From the human T2T-CHM13v2.0 reference genome, Homo sapiens: a stretch of 64,000 bases of DNA. The position numbers and the translations under genes are program-made. The first letter of the stretch is position 1; every line of letters starts with the position of its first letter. The stretch lies in the NCBI RefSeq assembly GCF_009914755.1, contig NC_060936.1. The stretch is one strand, 5' to 3'. The notes under the pieces are model-generated. The model had not been told where the DNA came from. It ran no database searches and saw only the letters and a list, made by a program, of their open reading frames with translations. Shown piece after piece: positions 13,072 to 27,084 of the stretch.

Positions 13072-13374
13072 TTTTTTTTTTCGACTCAGAGTCTCGCTCT
13101 ATCACCCAGGTTGGGGTGCAGTGGGCATGATCATAGCTCACTGTAACCTCAAACTCCTGGACTCAAGCCCTACTCCCTCCCATCTCAACCTCCTAAATAG
13201 CTGGGACTATGGATATGTGTCACCACGCCCAATCAATTTTTTATTTTTATTCTTTGTAGAGATGGGACCTCACTGTGTTGCCCAGGCTAGTCTCAGACTC
13301 CTGGCCTCAAGTGATCCTCCTGCCTTGGCTTCCTGAAGTGCTGGGATTACAGGCTTGAGCCACCACACCCGGCC
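13072..13374 (-). mobile_element. AluJ
   Basis: J-type features (gatcatagctcactg, ctcctggcctcaagtgatcctcc). Confidence 0.9.
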
Positions 13375-13379
13375 TATTA

Positions 13380-14575
13380 CATATTTTTTAGTCAGGTTTG
13401 TTAAGGCATATTATAAATAGGATAAAATGTATCCATTTTACGTTTATAGTTGGATAAGTTTTTGACAACTCTATGCGATTATGCAAATATCATTAAAATA
13501 AAAATATAAAACATGCTATAAACCTGAAAAATTTATTTGGATCACTTTGCAGTTAATCCCCTCTCCCCAATTAAAGTCTTGCCAATTATTAACCTATCTG
13601 TTTCCTGTCCCCATACTTTTATCTCTTCTCAAGTGTCAAATCAATGGAAACACACAGACTTGTGTTTAGTTTCTTTTACTTGGCTTAATGCTTTTAACAT
13701 TCATCCATTTTGTCAAATATCTCACATTCATTCCTTGTCATTGCTGCGTGGTATTCTGTTTAATAGATGTACCACAATTTGTTTATCTATCTCCAGTTAA
13801 TGGAGTTTGGGAACGCTTCTTGTGTTTGGCAATTATTATATTTTAAAAAAACTTTCAATGAAAATTAGCATATAACTATTTATATGTACTTATCATTTTC
13901 CTTGGACAAATACTTGGGTTAGGTTATAAGTGTATTTGTAACTTTATGAAAAACTTGCAAACTGTTTGTCAAAGTGGCTACATCATTACACATTTCCACC
14001 AGAAATGTATGAGTATCTAGCTGTTCCACATCATTACCAACAATTGGCATTGTCTGGTTGTTTGTTAGCATATTTTTTCTTTTTTTTTTTTCAGCCTTTC
14101 TAGTGTGTACTTAGAAGTATCTGCTTTAAATTTCATTTTCTTAATGACTACTGCTGCTAACTATCTTTTCTTGTCATTTATCATCCATATACATTATGAA
14201 TTACCTGCTCAAATATTTCTGCTCATTTGTAAGTTGCATTTTTTATGTTCATGTTGCTGAATTTAAAATGTTCTTATGTACTCTAGATTCAGGTCTTTTA
14301 TTAAATATAGAACATTATTTTGCAAATATTTTCTTTAGTCTGTGGCTTGCCTTTTCATTCTCATAGAAGTTTTCTAAGAACAGAAGATTTAATTTTAATG
14401 AAATCACATTTATCTATCTTTTCTTTTATAGTTTGTGCTTTTTGTGTACTATCTAAGAAATCTTTGCCTAACCCAAGGTTACCCATATTTTTTCTCTGTT
14501 CCCTTTTAGAAGTTTTATGATTTTATCTTCTAGTTTTAAGTCTGTGATATAGTTTAAGTTCCATTTTATGTGTTT
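13380..14575 (-). mobile_element. Old L1M (L1MB/ME-like) 3' fragments
   Basis: caaactgtttgtcaaagtggct, acatttccaccagaaatgtatgag, ctaagaaatctttgcctaacccaagg. Confidence 0.75.
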
Positions 14576-14587
14576 TCGCAAAGTGTT

Positions 14588-14780
14588 GGTTAACAATAAT
14601 TTATTGTCTATTTCAAAAGAGCTAGAAAAGATTTGGAATGTTTCTAACACAAAGAAATGATACATTTCAGGTGACAGATATCTTAATTACCCTGATTTGA
14701 TTGTTACACATTGTATACTGTATCAAAATATGATATGTACATCATAAATACATATAATTATTATGTATCAATTTAAAAAA
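14588..14780 (+). mobile_element. L1MA 3' end
   Basis: aattaccctgatttgatt..tacacattgtata..tatcaaaata...atgtatcaattt followed by an A tail. Confidence 0.85.
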
Positions 14781-17489
14781 TATTTTAACTGCCTTTAATT
14801 TGACTGGCCTTGGGTGTTGGATTTAACAGAAGACTTCATACAATACCTTAATCCCAAAAAATGCCCTCAGTGATATAAATTATGAGACTACTCAATTAAG
14901 AGAGTTATAGGAAGCATGTGGGAATTATGTGGGCTTATAATTAACTGTAAAAAAAATAGAACCAGTTTTTGTGTAAAGTTTAAGGCAGAACACAAATCTG
15001 ACCTATTTATAATCAATCAAAGAAAATGTTGTTTAGGCAATGCTAACTTTCAACAAAGTAGCAGTTTTCTAAATTTATTCCAGCATGATTACTGAAAAGA
15101 TAACCTTTTTATTACAGAATGTCTGTTTTATGTTTACATAGCTTCAAGATACCATTTCATATATTGGCAAATCCCTAAAATGTTTTTTAAAAAGGAAAGC
15201 TTTGTTGATTCTATTAGCAAATTTTACCACTAAGTAGAAATATCTTTAACATTTTGGTTAGTATAGCTTTTGATTAAGACATTTTTGAACTTTTATGCTA
15301 TTTTTCCAGCAGTGATAACGCATGAAACAAAGAAAAAGTGCCAAAAGATATGTTATGCAAACATGGTCACATTATTTTAAATAATAGAGTTATGAGAATG
15401 GTAGTTTTATTTTATATGCTTAAGAATGTTTTGTGTAATCATAATCACATTGTTTCTAAGCTATATACCATGGTGATGATGCCAATGGGATCAAATAATC
15501 ACATTTTCCACCTATATTCAAATATCCAAGTAATTATTTCAAAATAACATATTTTAATTATAGAGTAAGATTGCAGAGTAAGAGGCATATTGAGCTATTG
15601 ATAGACAAGAGAAGTGGTTTTAATCAGCCATATCAAGTATTAAAATTCCAAACCAGATATATTAGAGTAGTAATTCATTGTAACATAAATGATCAGAAGT
15701 GGGATACCACCAATTTTAGTGTTTAACATTCATTAATTTGTTTAACTGGGGAAACTCTGAAAGTAAAAATTTTTAAATTCACATATCAGTACTAAAAGTT
15801 CTTTTGCCTGAGAAAATATATTGTGGCCTAACATTATAGGATGATTTGATATTTGCCTATATTCCAGACTCCTCTAAATTACATGTATATTTAGTATATG
15901 TTATCTGGACTCTAATATAAAATAATGTTCTTTTTATCAAGAATCCTATTCGTTTTATACGACAGTTTTTTTTTCCTGGTAGTATCCCATATTGGATTTT
16001 GATTAGTTTAATCACATCAGTAGTTTCATTTTAAATCTTTTTTAATCTACTGTAGAAATCACAAAGATATATAGGATACAAAATGTTGTCTGGTTGTTTG
16101 AAAGACCATACAATAGTCTGTTAACTAAAAAGTATCATTTTCTCTTCCCTTATGAGGAATTACATACCAGCTCATCAAAGTATAATGAACTTACATTAAC
16201 ATGGATGCAGCTGCTGTCAGAGAACATCCTTAGTCTTGGAGGAGAATTATACCTTTAGAAACAAAAGTTTGAGAATGATTAGAGCATGAAATACTCTATA
16301 AAACATACAAATTTGTCCAGTTCTAAAGGTCTAACTTTCATTTTACGATATATATTTTATAATGTTAATGTCATAGAATGTGGATTCCAGCTGTATTGCC
16401 ATTAGAGTTCTGTATTACTCACTTTCTTGGATGTTTAGGTAGAGTGAATAATACCTGATTATTTGAATTTACCATCCTATAATGTTTAACAGTAATGCCA
16501 TCAGGAGTTATTGAGCTGTGAAAGGTTATTTTCTCCTCTACCTAATGATTCCAGGCTGTTTTCCAGCACATCATGACTTTGACTATTCTTCTCTTTCTTT
16601 CTTTCACTTGTCAGAATAACTATATTGATGAGTCTTAATTATTTCTATCATTGGTTCTAATATTCTGTCTTTTGCAATTCTACTAAAGACTTAAGGTACA
16701 GAAGAAAACAGAAACAAATCTTTTATAAACCTAAAATTTCTGACAATTTAGTCATCAATTGCTATATTATTCACTCACAAAACAAAATCCATGAGCTTTT
16801 GTAACAAATGCACCATTCTAGATGCTGGATAAATAGATTTTACTACTGTTGTTCACTTCCCATTTTGCATTCATGTTCTAGATGCTTGAAGCTGTCAGAA
16901 ATCTGTTCACCAAAAAATTACTCAGTATTTGGTTTCATCAACCTGTACATTGGTTCAGAAGGTAAAATGATAGGAAACTGAATTGCATCACAGGAATTTA
17001 AATTGTTATTTGAAAATATTTCTCTTTTGTGTTTAATATCCACTTTGCTTAGTGTCACAGTGTGTTGATTTTAACCGAACACAGTAGCATACAAAGTGGA
17101 TTTTCAAGTTGAGACTTGAAAGACTCTGCAGGATCAAAGATAATACAAGGTGGGTGGATAAAATAGTAAAAGTGAAGAGCATCATAATGAAAATAACATT
17201 AGTTTCACATTTTTCAACCCTGTACCCTTTATAAAAAAGTTAAATGATCTAAAAATATATATATAAAACCCCTTTCAGGCATACAAATAACTACACAGGG
17301 AACATCAAATGTGTAAGACAAAACAAAACAGAATAAAAAACTGAAAACTTTTTTTCCTTTCCTTTAAGATTTTAGAGTGTATTTTAAGAAGGGAGCAATA
17401 GCTTTACTCTATTTTATTAATTTTGGAAAGAATATGCTGCTTAAGACCCCCCCGCCAGCTACTGAGATATATGAGGTTTTGGGATTTGA

Positions 17490-17910
17490 AATAATTTCAT
17501 AGTTCTATCCTCAGTGCCTAGAAAATGACCAGCACATTGTAGGCCCTTAATGAGTATAGTTTTTATTAAGTGAATTAATGAATAAGCTATCAGATGATAA
17601 AGTAATTGTCTTTCACGGTAGCCCACATATAATTCTAATGGGCTATAATTCTCAAACAAGTTTTGTAGTCATCTTAAGTTGAATCAAGATCAACTTCTTA
17701 AATTGCCCTTTAAATATTCACAGAATTCTTCTTTTAGTAGGCATGTGCTCTTGGGCAAGTTAAGTGCTTCATTTCCCTCTTCTGTGGAAAACCTTGTCCA
17801 TAGGAGTACCTACCTTATTCTAAGGAAAGAAAAAATAATAATTCACGTAAAACATCTTGAAGAGTGCTTGACTCATAATAAATCCATATAGTTTATATAA
17901 ATATAAATTA
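17490..17910 (+). mobile_element. L2 3' end followed by MIR fragment
   Basis: cagtgcctagaaaatgaccagcacattgtagg...gaattaatgaa; MIR core cttgggcaagtt...cttcatttccctct. Confidence 0.6.
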
Positions 17911-19479
17911 TCATGCTGTATTATTTCACCATATACATAAATTAAATCTATTGAACTTAAGTAATTTATACGCTAGTTCTAAATGAGGTTATTATGCCCA
18001 TGAGCATTAAAAAGACTATTTTTATCTATATATTTCTGATTATTTACTAGTAAGGAAGTCATGTTATCTAGAAATAATGATCAGTACTGATGACTTACAG
18101 TTTAAATTGTAGTAATCCAGAATTACTTTGAAAATTGTCAATATTTGCTCAAGGCTAGAAAATAATTACTCATCAGCAAAACATTTTTGAACACTCAGAG
18201 ACATCCCATAAATGCGTACAGGTTTTATCTCACACCAAATCTATTCCCAAGAGGAAGACTGGGGCAGGTATACACTGCTTACTAAGCTGTAAGACTTGGT
18301 GTGCAGTTGCATCTGCCTGCAGGAAGGGAAGCTTATTTGTAATTCACACAAAAGTGTGAAGTTGACCGGCAGCAGCCATGTGAACCCACAACCTTATTTT
18401 CCTCCAGTGCCTCAATAATGTGCTTCGAGCAAATCATTTTAGAAACTATTTATTTAAAGTTAAATTCATTAAAAAGCCATTTGTTAATGCTGTTGAAGTC
18501 TTCCTACAACCATGTTCTAGTCATTGTGCTATTTGTTGAAGATACACACATAAATAGAATGAAGTTCCTGTGTCTGTCCCATACACATTCTCATGGCCTA
18601 ATGGAATTGAGGGAGACCCAAGCATATCATCACAATATTAATTATACATATGTCACAATATTAATTAGAATTCAGAAGAATAAAGGCCGACCTGACCCAG
18701 AATAGAAATATCCATCTAAGCCTGGGATAGAGGAGGATTTCAGAAGCTTGTACATAAATAGAAGTGGCAAACTTAATTCATAATCTGACTCCCAAATTTG
18801 CAATTATTAACCTCTAGGTTTTCAGACACTCAAGACAAAACAAAAAAAATGCACATTTAAAACAACATACAACTATAAGTTCATCTACAGTGAACATGTG
18901 ATAACTTCAGTTCTCTACAGACAGAATCCTAGGAAACTTCAATTCTCAGGGATAAACACAGAAGGCAAAATCTTGGAAGAGATAAATAGAAGGACTAACC
19001 AGAAAGTTGTGAAGGAAACCAAGAGAGAGTTGCATTGAAAACCCAAGGGAGTAGAAAATATCAACAGAAGCTGAGTGCCAAGAAGTACAATAAATTAAAG
19101 GCAAAAGTAAATAAATAAATACATAAATACATAAATATAATTGGGTTTCATAATCGGGAAGTCATTAGAAAGAGTTCTACTTAGTTGTATAATTTTGGTT
19201 TTGGCATGTTTGTCTTTACTTAGTTCATGCTAATAAATACCAGACTAAAAATATCTTTTTAAGCTCAGACTAAAAAAAATCAACTTTTTTAGTTTGAATG
19301 GCAAGAGGTTATGGCAGAATAAAGAGACTTAAGAGAGAATGGAGGGAAAATTGATAAAGCAAAAGGAATCAAGCTGAAAATTCACAAAGATAGAAGAAGA
19401 ATGAAGTTCAAAATACAAATGCCTGGGTTGGCTTTGGACAAAAGAAGCACTACTTCATTTGAAGTTGGGCAGCAACAGG

Positions 19480-19907
19480 TAAAACAAAACAAAATATAAA
19501 TTTCCTTAGGGCAAACCTGCCTCCTATTTTATTCAAACTCACCCCTCTGCTCACTGAGATAAATTCACAACTGATTGCATCATTTGGAGTGGCTAATCCG
19601 TAACTCAAAAGAATGCAACTATTTGTCTCTTATCTAGCTATGATCTGGAAGCACCATCCCTGATTCCAGTTGTCCTGCCTTCACCTTGAGTTGTCCCACC
19701 TTTCTAGACTGAACCATTGTACATCTTAAACATATTGATTGATGTCTCATGTCTCCCTAAAATGTATAAAACCAAGCTGTGACCCTACCACCTTGGACAC
19801 ATGTCGTCAGAACCTCCTGAGGCTGTGTCCCAGGTGCACGTCCTCAACTTTGGCAGAATAAACTTTCTAAATTAACTGAGACCTTTCTCAGATTTTCAGG
19901 GCTCACA
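19480..19907 (+). mobile_element. MER4A1-like ERV1 LTR, 5' portion deleted
   Basis: ttagggcaaacctgcctcc...ctgagataaat...atgtcgtcagaacctcctgaggctg; near-colinear with 44611-45078. Confidence 0.85.
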
Positions 19908-19944
19908 CATGTATAATAAAAGCTTTAATGCAAATTGGCTATTT

Positions 19945-20193
19945 CAGCTTGATCTGTCCTGTGCTTCTTCCCTCTCCTATAGGAATAGAATATTCCAGAC
20001 AGGAGCTGTTCCTTTAACCTGGATCACAGAATGGAATTTCAAGTGAAGCAGACCTTTAGTCAACCCATAGACCTACAGCGGAGCCACAGACAAATCTCAG
20101 GCTTCATACATGAGAAATAAATTGATGTTTATTTGTGTAAACCATTTTAATTTAGTAGGCTGTTTCTTACCTCAGAAAAAGCTAACCAATACA
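19945..20193 (+). mobile_element. MLT1I/J-like LTR 3' part
   Basis: gctgttcctttaacctgg, catgagaaataaa, gctaaccaataca. Confidence 0.55.
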
Positions 20194-21126
20194 ATTTCTT
20201 ATGATGATCATGTGTTATAATGGATACATTGTTATTACATACGTAAATGAATGATTATTTTCCCTTTCCCAAACAATTAGAAAAGTTTGGTTTTTAATGA
20301 GTGACAAAATATTGTCCTTTGTTAACATAGTTGAGAAGAAATAATTTTCTTAAGTCAATATTGATTCCTACATTTTTAACATCCTCAGTGTTCATGTATA
20401 TTACAAAAAATAGTATGTCTTCAGAGAATTCCCAAAGATTTTCAAATAAAATTACTGCTGTATTTGAAACGTATTACAACCTGAAATGGAATCTATATAA
20501 TGATGCAATTTTAATATAATATATTCTAGTCATTTCTCTATGTAACAAATTAAGAAATTTGTGATTTGAAAGTATACTCAAAGTCTAATTCTAATTTTAA
20601 TAGCACTCGACCACTTTTCTGTACAGATCATAACTCTAATGTGAAATAAAAATTCAGAAAGTCTATTTTCCAGGAATTCCAGAGAATCCCAAAGTAAATG
20701 CCAGTGATATTTGTGTTAGATTTACAAATGCTAGATAATTTAGGGATAAAATAAACCTAAGAGAAGAACAAATATACTAAAGCATTTCAAATCAGAGTAT
20801 TCAATTGGAAAGAGCAAAAACCTGTTAATAGAATATTTTCCAAAAGAAGTATCACCTAATTTTGCTTATATGACATCCAAATTATATATAACACCCTGAA
20901 TACATGCCTAAATATATTAATGCCACTATTTCACGAAATAATACCAAAGCCTTTTGAAGACATATATGACCCTTTCGAAAGTTAAATTGTTAGATTAAGT
21001 TCTGAGAAAAAATGTTTCATTTTTCTATGAAGATATCAAGTTTTTAAGATGCACCCATCAACTAATAAGCATTTATTGAGGGCTTCCTTTTGTTCATTAC
21101 TTCACAGATAGGTGAGATGCCAAAAT

Positions 21127-21680
21127 TGCAGTAGACAGCCTTAAGATTATTTCTGATTCCTGACATTCATGTTCTTGTAACATTACTTTCTGTTGAGTGT
21201 GAGTTTGACCTAGTGACTTGCTTCTAACAAATAACTCAGCGCAAAAGCCATAGGAATCACTTTAAGATTAAATTTTAAAAACACTCTGTCTTCTATCTTG
21301 GGCACTCTCTCTTGCTCATATTTTTTGAGAGCCCTCTCTCTGAGTTAAGCCAGCTGCCATGTTGTGAGTTGCCCTATGGAAAGAACCCCTTGCCAAGGAA
21401 CTGATGTCTATGACCAATCATTGAAGATCCACCTTGAGGCCTTACAACAGCTTCGTGCGTTTGGCTTCAAAGCCTGCCACAATTGAGCCTGGAGATGACC
21501 AATAACTCAGCCTCAGTCAACACTCTGAGCTATAAGAGAACTCGTTCTGAGCTAGAGGACTCTAGCTAAGCCAAACCCAGATACTTAATAGACATAGATT
21601 GTGAGATACATATTTGATATTTTAAGCCACTAAGTTTAGGGGTAATTTTTTATTCAACAATGTAAATAAAACTGATATAC
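21127..21680 (+). mobile_element. MLT1F-type MaLR LTR
   Basis: ttgagtgtgagtttgacctagtgacttgcttcta; aagccagctgccatgttgtgag; ttttaagccactaagtttagggg. Confidence 0.8.
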
Positions 21681-22119
21681 ACAGCATGGTTCATCTTCAC
21701 AAGATCTCAATAATAAATTATGATTTTAATTAAATATTACACAAAAGTCTAACAATTAATGATCCAAAATGAGCAGCTGAATAGTCAATTCTTAATAACC
21801 AGAATCTTTACTAGATTATTTATTTGTTCCTAAGTTGGAGAAAATGATTTTATGTGTTATTTTAAACTTTGATCTCTGTGCACATTATGCCATTAATGGT
21901 AATACTTGTTTTCTATTAACCACTAAAATGTGCTGCCACATTAGTAGAGCTCGTTTTAGAACTAGTTTGGAAGATGATCAAGTCCTCTGTGATTTCATAG
22001 TGTCTGACCCATTGAGATCCACAGATTTAAGATTAATTTAAATTTCTCTTTTTAGTTAACATCTGCTATGTTACTACTCTGGATCTGGCTCTTCTTGTTG
22101 TAAAATATGAATTGAATTT

Positions 22120-22690
22120 TCTTGAGGAACTAGAACTAGAAGTGGGACCTGATTAGTCAATTAGTCAAACTTCATAATCTCCTTCTTGGCTACAGTGATT
22201 AGTTCACTCAATTTTGGCCTGTATTAACCATGTCAAAGACCCACTTCAATGATAAGGGAGAGAATAAACTTTTTCTTCTCTATCTCTCTGTAAAATTTTT
22301 TTCTGTAGTCTTGAATCTAAAAGGATGTAGGCTGGAGCTATGGACTTTAATTAATAGTACTGTACCAATATTGGCTCATCGACTGTAACAAAGATACCAC
22401 ACTAAGGAAAGATGTTAAAAATAGGAAAAACAGGCGTTTGGGAAGAGCATATGGAACTTTCTGCTGCATTATTTTGCCTACAAAACAAAAACTGTTCTTA
22501 AAAAATAATGTCTATTCGTTTATTACTTTCACTACATAAAAACTGGGAATTGAGCCAATACAGGGAACAGAGTAAAATTGAGAGCAGGTAGAGGAATCAG
22601 GCTCTGGTGCTCTTTTAGTTTTGGAAGCCAACTCCAGACCCTGGACTTCTCAACGAAGCAAGCCAACAGACCAACAGACTCCCACTCTGT
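22120..22690 (+). mobile_element. Old MLT1 LTR fragment interrupted by an L1MC 3' end (~22350-22520)
   Basis: L1MC: ctgtaacaaagataccacacta..aagatgttaaaaatagg..atatggaact. The flanks resemble MLT1K/L. Confidence 0.55.
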
Positions 22691-22739
22691 TTAAGATAAT
22701 GTATTTGCTTATTTATTTATTTATTTATAGTACATTTCA

Positions 22740-23450
22740 TTTGCTCAATTCATCCAATCAGGTATTCGTTTATTCAAGAAGTTTATATTTGGTGCTTATT
22801 CTGTGGAAGCAGTTCTCCCAAATTCAAGAGGAATTAAAGATGTATAGGACTAAGTAACACACTCAAAGGACTTAAGATCTAGTGAGAGAAGATATGCCCA
22901 CAAATATTTCTGGTATCTGGAAGTATGCAATAATAGTATTTAATTTCTTTCTTCTTTGTTCTAATGTTTTTAGTTTGGGCTACAATCCTTGTCTGTTGGT
23001 AAACTCTGCTGCAAACTACCGTCCCCCTCAGTTAACCCTCCTGTTCCACTGACTCTCTTATTTTATTACCTACCACTCTGCCCTGGCTTACTATACTCCA
23101 GCTCTTTCTGGGATGTGTCCATCATACCACAGCCTCAAGGTCTTTGCACCTGATTTTTCCTCAGTCTGGAGTAATCTCACCTCAAATATCCACAGGGATT
23201 GCTCCTTCATCTCCTCCAGTTTATTTTCCATGAAATGTCATATTTTAATGTGGTATTACAAATCCTGTTTCAAAACTGAATATCCTTTCATACACACTAC
23301 CTGTCTCTTTTCCCTGGTGTTCATACCATTGCACATGGTGCCATTTGACTACATTAAGTAGCTTGTATTTCCTCTCCATCATGATCTTCTTTTATGTCAG
23401 TCTTCCCCCATCAGAAAACAAGCTCCAGGAAAGCAGGGATTTGAAAGAGA
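22740..23450. mobile_element. L2 fragments, both orientations
   Basis: attcatccaatc..attcaagaagttt (minus); cctcaaggtctttgcacctg...aagctccaggaaagcaggga (plus). Confidence 0.6.
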
Positions 23451-23824
23451 CTGGCACAGATGCTTCCACTTTTGAGAATGCAAGTGAATATGATAGAGAA
23501 GCAACTAATATAAACAGAGTTGGGAAAAACTTTCTGCAGAAACCTGAGCTAGATTTAAAGGAATGAACCTCAGAGCATCAATCAAACAGACAGAATGTAA
23601 CAACAACAGCACTGGTCTGTCACCAGGGCATAACGTTTGTAATGGGCATTCCATTGACCACCATTTTCACTGGTCTCCTCTTCCCAAATATATTAAATCA
23701 GAAATAAAAATGTATCAAGCCTTATTATCTCATAAGATCCAGTCAGAGAATAAGGCAGTCTTGTTTTCTTTAGCTTAACTGTTGTACCTCTTCTAGAAAC
23801 ACGAATTCATTTAAACCTGAAGTA

Positions 23825-24244
23825 CAATTAACCTTTGAACAACAGGAGTTTGCACTTCATGGGTCCACTTATACTCTGGTTTTCTTCCATTTCCGCCACA
23901 TCTGAGACAGCAAGACCAAACTCTTTTCTTCCTCCTCCTCTTCAGGCTACTCGATGAAGAACTTTATGATGATCCACTTCTGCTTAATGAAGAGTAAATA
24001 TATTTTTCTCTTTCTTATGATGTTCTCAATAACATTCTCTATTCTCCAGCTTACTTTATTGTATGAATACAGTATGTGATATAAATAAGATACAAAATAT
24101 GTGTTCACAGTTTATGTCATTGGTAAGGCTTCTGGTCAACAGCAGGCTATTAGTGGTTAAGTTTTTGGAGAAGCAAAAATTATATATGAATTTTCAACTA
24201 TGCAGGTGTCAGCAGTCCTAACCTCTGTGTTCAAGAGTAAACTA
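23825..24244 (+). mobile_element. Tigger2a (MER28) TcMar-Tigger element
   Basis: TA-flanked terminal inverted repeats caattaacctttgaacaac / gtgttcaagagtaaact; internal ctgagacagcaagacc, ggtaaggcttctggtcaacag. Confidence 0.88.
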
Positions 24245-24789
24245 TTTATTTCAACCAGACTTTAATTCTTGGCTTTTCGATATGAAATAAAAGTTATGCA
24301 TTAATGCAGAGAAAATGTTAAAAAAGACGGTATATTTAATCTTAAAATGAGAGTCATATTTCTTTGTCATAAACTAGGAGAGTTACTAGTTTTTCATTTC
24401 AATTATTTTTGCAATTTATAGTCTTAAAATGACATTAACAAAATATACAAGTCATTATTAACTTTTGCTTACCACACAATATTTTTGAATGACAAGAGGT
24501 TTATTTGTGAAGAAAATGTAATCAAAATATGTATTATAGGCATGCTATATACTAAATTATTTTTGTTTGCAAGTTTTATAATTTCTGTATGACTTTAGAA
24601 AAAAAGTCATATTTTCTAGTAAAATAACAAGTAAATTTTTAATAAATGACATTTAGTGATATAAATTATCATAGCATCAGTGATAGCCTGAAATATCAAT
24701 GTTTTTCTTTTCAAGTAGATTTAATTTTTAATAGACTACATTTGTTAGAGTTTATTTTTTTGAAGAAGTTTAGGTTTATAGAAAAATTG

Positions 24790-25102
24790 GGCCAGGTACA
24801 TTGGCTCATGCCTATAATTCCAGCACTTTGGGGGGCCAAGGAGTTTGCATCGCTTGAGGTCAAGAGTTCAAGACCAGCCTGGCCAACATGGTGACACACT
24901 GTCTCTACTAAAAATACAAATATTAGCCAGGCATGGTGGCACCCACCTGTAATTCCAGCTACTTGGGAGGCCTAAGGTGACAGAATTGCTTGAACTCAGG
25001 AGGCAGAGGTTGCAGTGAGCCAAGATCATGCCATTGCATGTCTCTATCTCTTGGCCAGATCAGCCTGGCCAAGAGAGAGAGACTCGTCTCAAAAAAAAAA
25101 AA
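24790..25102 (+). mobile_element. AluS (Sx/Sz-like) inserted in a minus-strand L1MC fragment (~24720-25330)
   Basis: Full dimer with A tail; carries an atypical inverted insertion near its 3' end. Confidence 0.93.
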
Positions 25103-26289
25103 ATGAGCAGAAAATATAGAGAGTGTTTATGTATCTACCCTCCATACAGTTTTTTCTATAATTGTTATGTTATAATTGATAAGAAAATGTTGATATATTA
25201 TTATTAACTAAAAGCCATAGTGTATATTAGGGTTCACTCTTCGTGTCGCTCTTATATAGTCAACTTGACTTTGTGGTTGGACAAATGTGTAATGACTTGT
25301 ATCAACTATTACAGTATCAAACGTTCCCTGCTTATAATCTTACAAGAAAAACAAAAACAAAATAAAGTAACTGTATGTCTTGTTAAAATTTTATTGTGCA
25401 TTTAACACATATTTACTTTAACTAACAATTTTTTCCCTACTGTCTTTAGAAAAGCCAACCAGATATGACATGTATAGAAAAGTGTATGTATGTTTGTGGG
25501 GAGATATTGCTCCCTTAACAACTGGACAATTAAAGAACCAAATGAAATATAAGCAACATTTATTAATTGTTCATAAAGATGACTGAAATATTAATTACCA
25601 ATTAAACTATTATGGAGGTTAACTAAACCAGATAAGAGCTAGAGAACCTTTATCTGGAAAAAAAATTTAAGCTTAAAACATATACTTTTATATGAAACGA
25701 GTCACGGCAAATTGATTAGGTCACTTGTTAAAACAATGATTAACAATCTTTATTGTGTATTAAAAATCACTTTGAATATTTATCAAATTTAAATTTTGTG
25801 TTTGACTCTCTGGGAATCTGATTGAGTAGCACTGGTGTGGCAACATCCAGATATTTGCTATTTTTAACAGAAAAAGAAACCAGAATGATTTGGATAGAAC
25901 TAGTGCATAGACCAGACTGCGAGAAGCAACCTTGAAAATGGAGCCAAGTTTGAACTCTCAGACAACCCTGTGTAGTTACTTTTAGCACACAAGCATTTAT
26001 ATTTGTGCTCACTGTCAAAGCAGACAGGTAGATGCCACCTCAGCAAATGACTTGGCCCACACATTCACTGTGCATACGAATTCTAAATCATTTTACTGAT
26101 GGCTTTTTAACCTATCTCCAGTAAAGTAAAGCTTCTTTTTGAAGGGTGTTCCAGGATGTAATTGCCATTATGTTCAAGAAGTTGTTATGCTCTATTGTGT
26201 TTGCTCCAATTGGTCAAGGTGTGCCTATTCAATCTTGTTTATGACTCTTTGATGACTAATAACTGACTTCCATTCTCCATATGAAAACA

Positions 26290-26490
26290 GTAATGGAGCC
26301 AATTCAAATAATTATATTTTCTTCAGATTAACTGCCTCCCACCACTTTAACCTTCCTTCATAGTGTCTCCTCCACACCCTGACTCATTTTTATTATTCAC
26401 CAGATTCTTTTTTTCTTCCTAAAACTATTGAAAACTGACACAATACTCTGCTGATGACTAACGTAAAATATAGTGGAACAATTTCAAGAC
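26290..26490 (-). mobile_element. L3/CR1 fragment
   Basis: ttcttcagattaac...aactgacacaatactc resemble CR1/L3 3' motifs. Confidence 0.4.
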
Positions 26491-26519
26491 TCTGTAAGGG
26501 TAGCTTTCACACTACTACT

Positions 26520-26690
26520 ACTAATGTTATTTGAGTAAAGTTGTGGCTTACATAATGCTTCCACATGCACCATTCTACTTATTAGACAACCCTGTGAAGT
26601 GGATTCAAATACTCTCATTTTATAGATAAGAACAATTTAGATCTAGAAATAGTAAGGAACTTAAATCCAATTTACACAACAATGTTTTCT
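26520..26690 (-). mobile_element. MIR
   Basis: acaaccctgtgaagtgg...ctcattttatagataagaac. Confidence 0.65.
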
Positions 26691-27084
26691 TGTTTCCCTG
26701 TTCTTGTTACTACCCTTCTGTACTTCATCTTAATATAGAATGGCCAGGAGATAAGTGAAGCTATAGAACTGACTGGGTGATTCCAGAAATTGGAGCTATA
26801 GAGTCCCATAGTAACTTATGAATTGTCCTACAGTGCAGTCCTACAGCTCCGTTATGATAATCCTCCAGATGAAGCTATGTTCAAGACTGGACTAGATCTT
26901 GTGCTATAAAGCCACACTGGAACCATCTCCAATTCCCCACCTTGCTTCAGTTTTATATTCTTGCTGATAGCCTCTTTGAATCCATCAGGTAAGAACACAG
27001 AAATTTAAAATTGTGTCTTTTATGAGTCTAATTACATTCTAAATTTACATTTTTCTTCTCTGAGTCTCTATTTTCTTTTTGTAT

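Noticed and set aside
16883-16962. Plus-strand 80-nt exon-like segment (ctAG...aag|GTAAAA)
   Set aside because: Weak donor and unrecognised peptides; not distinguishable from chance.
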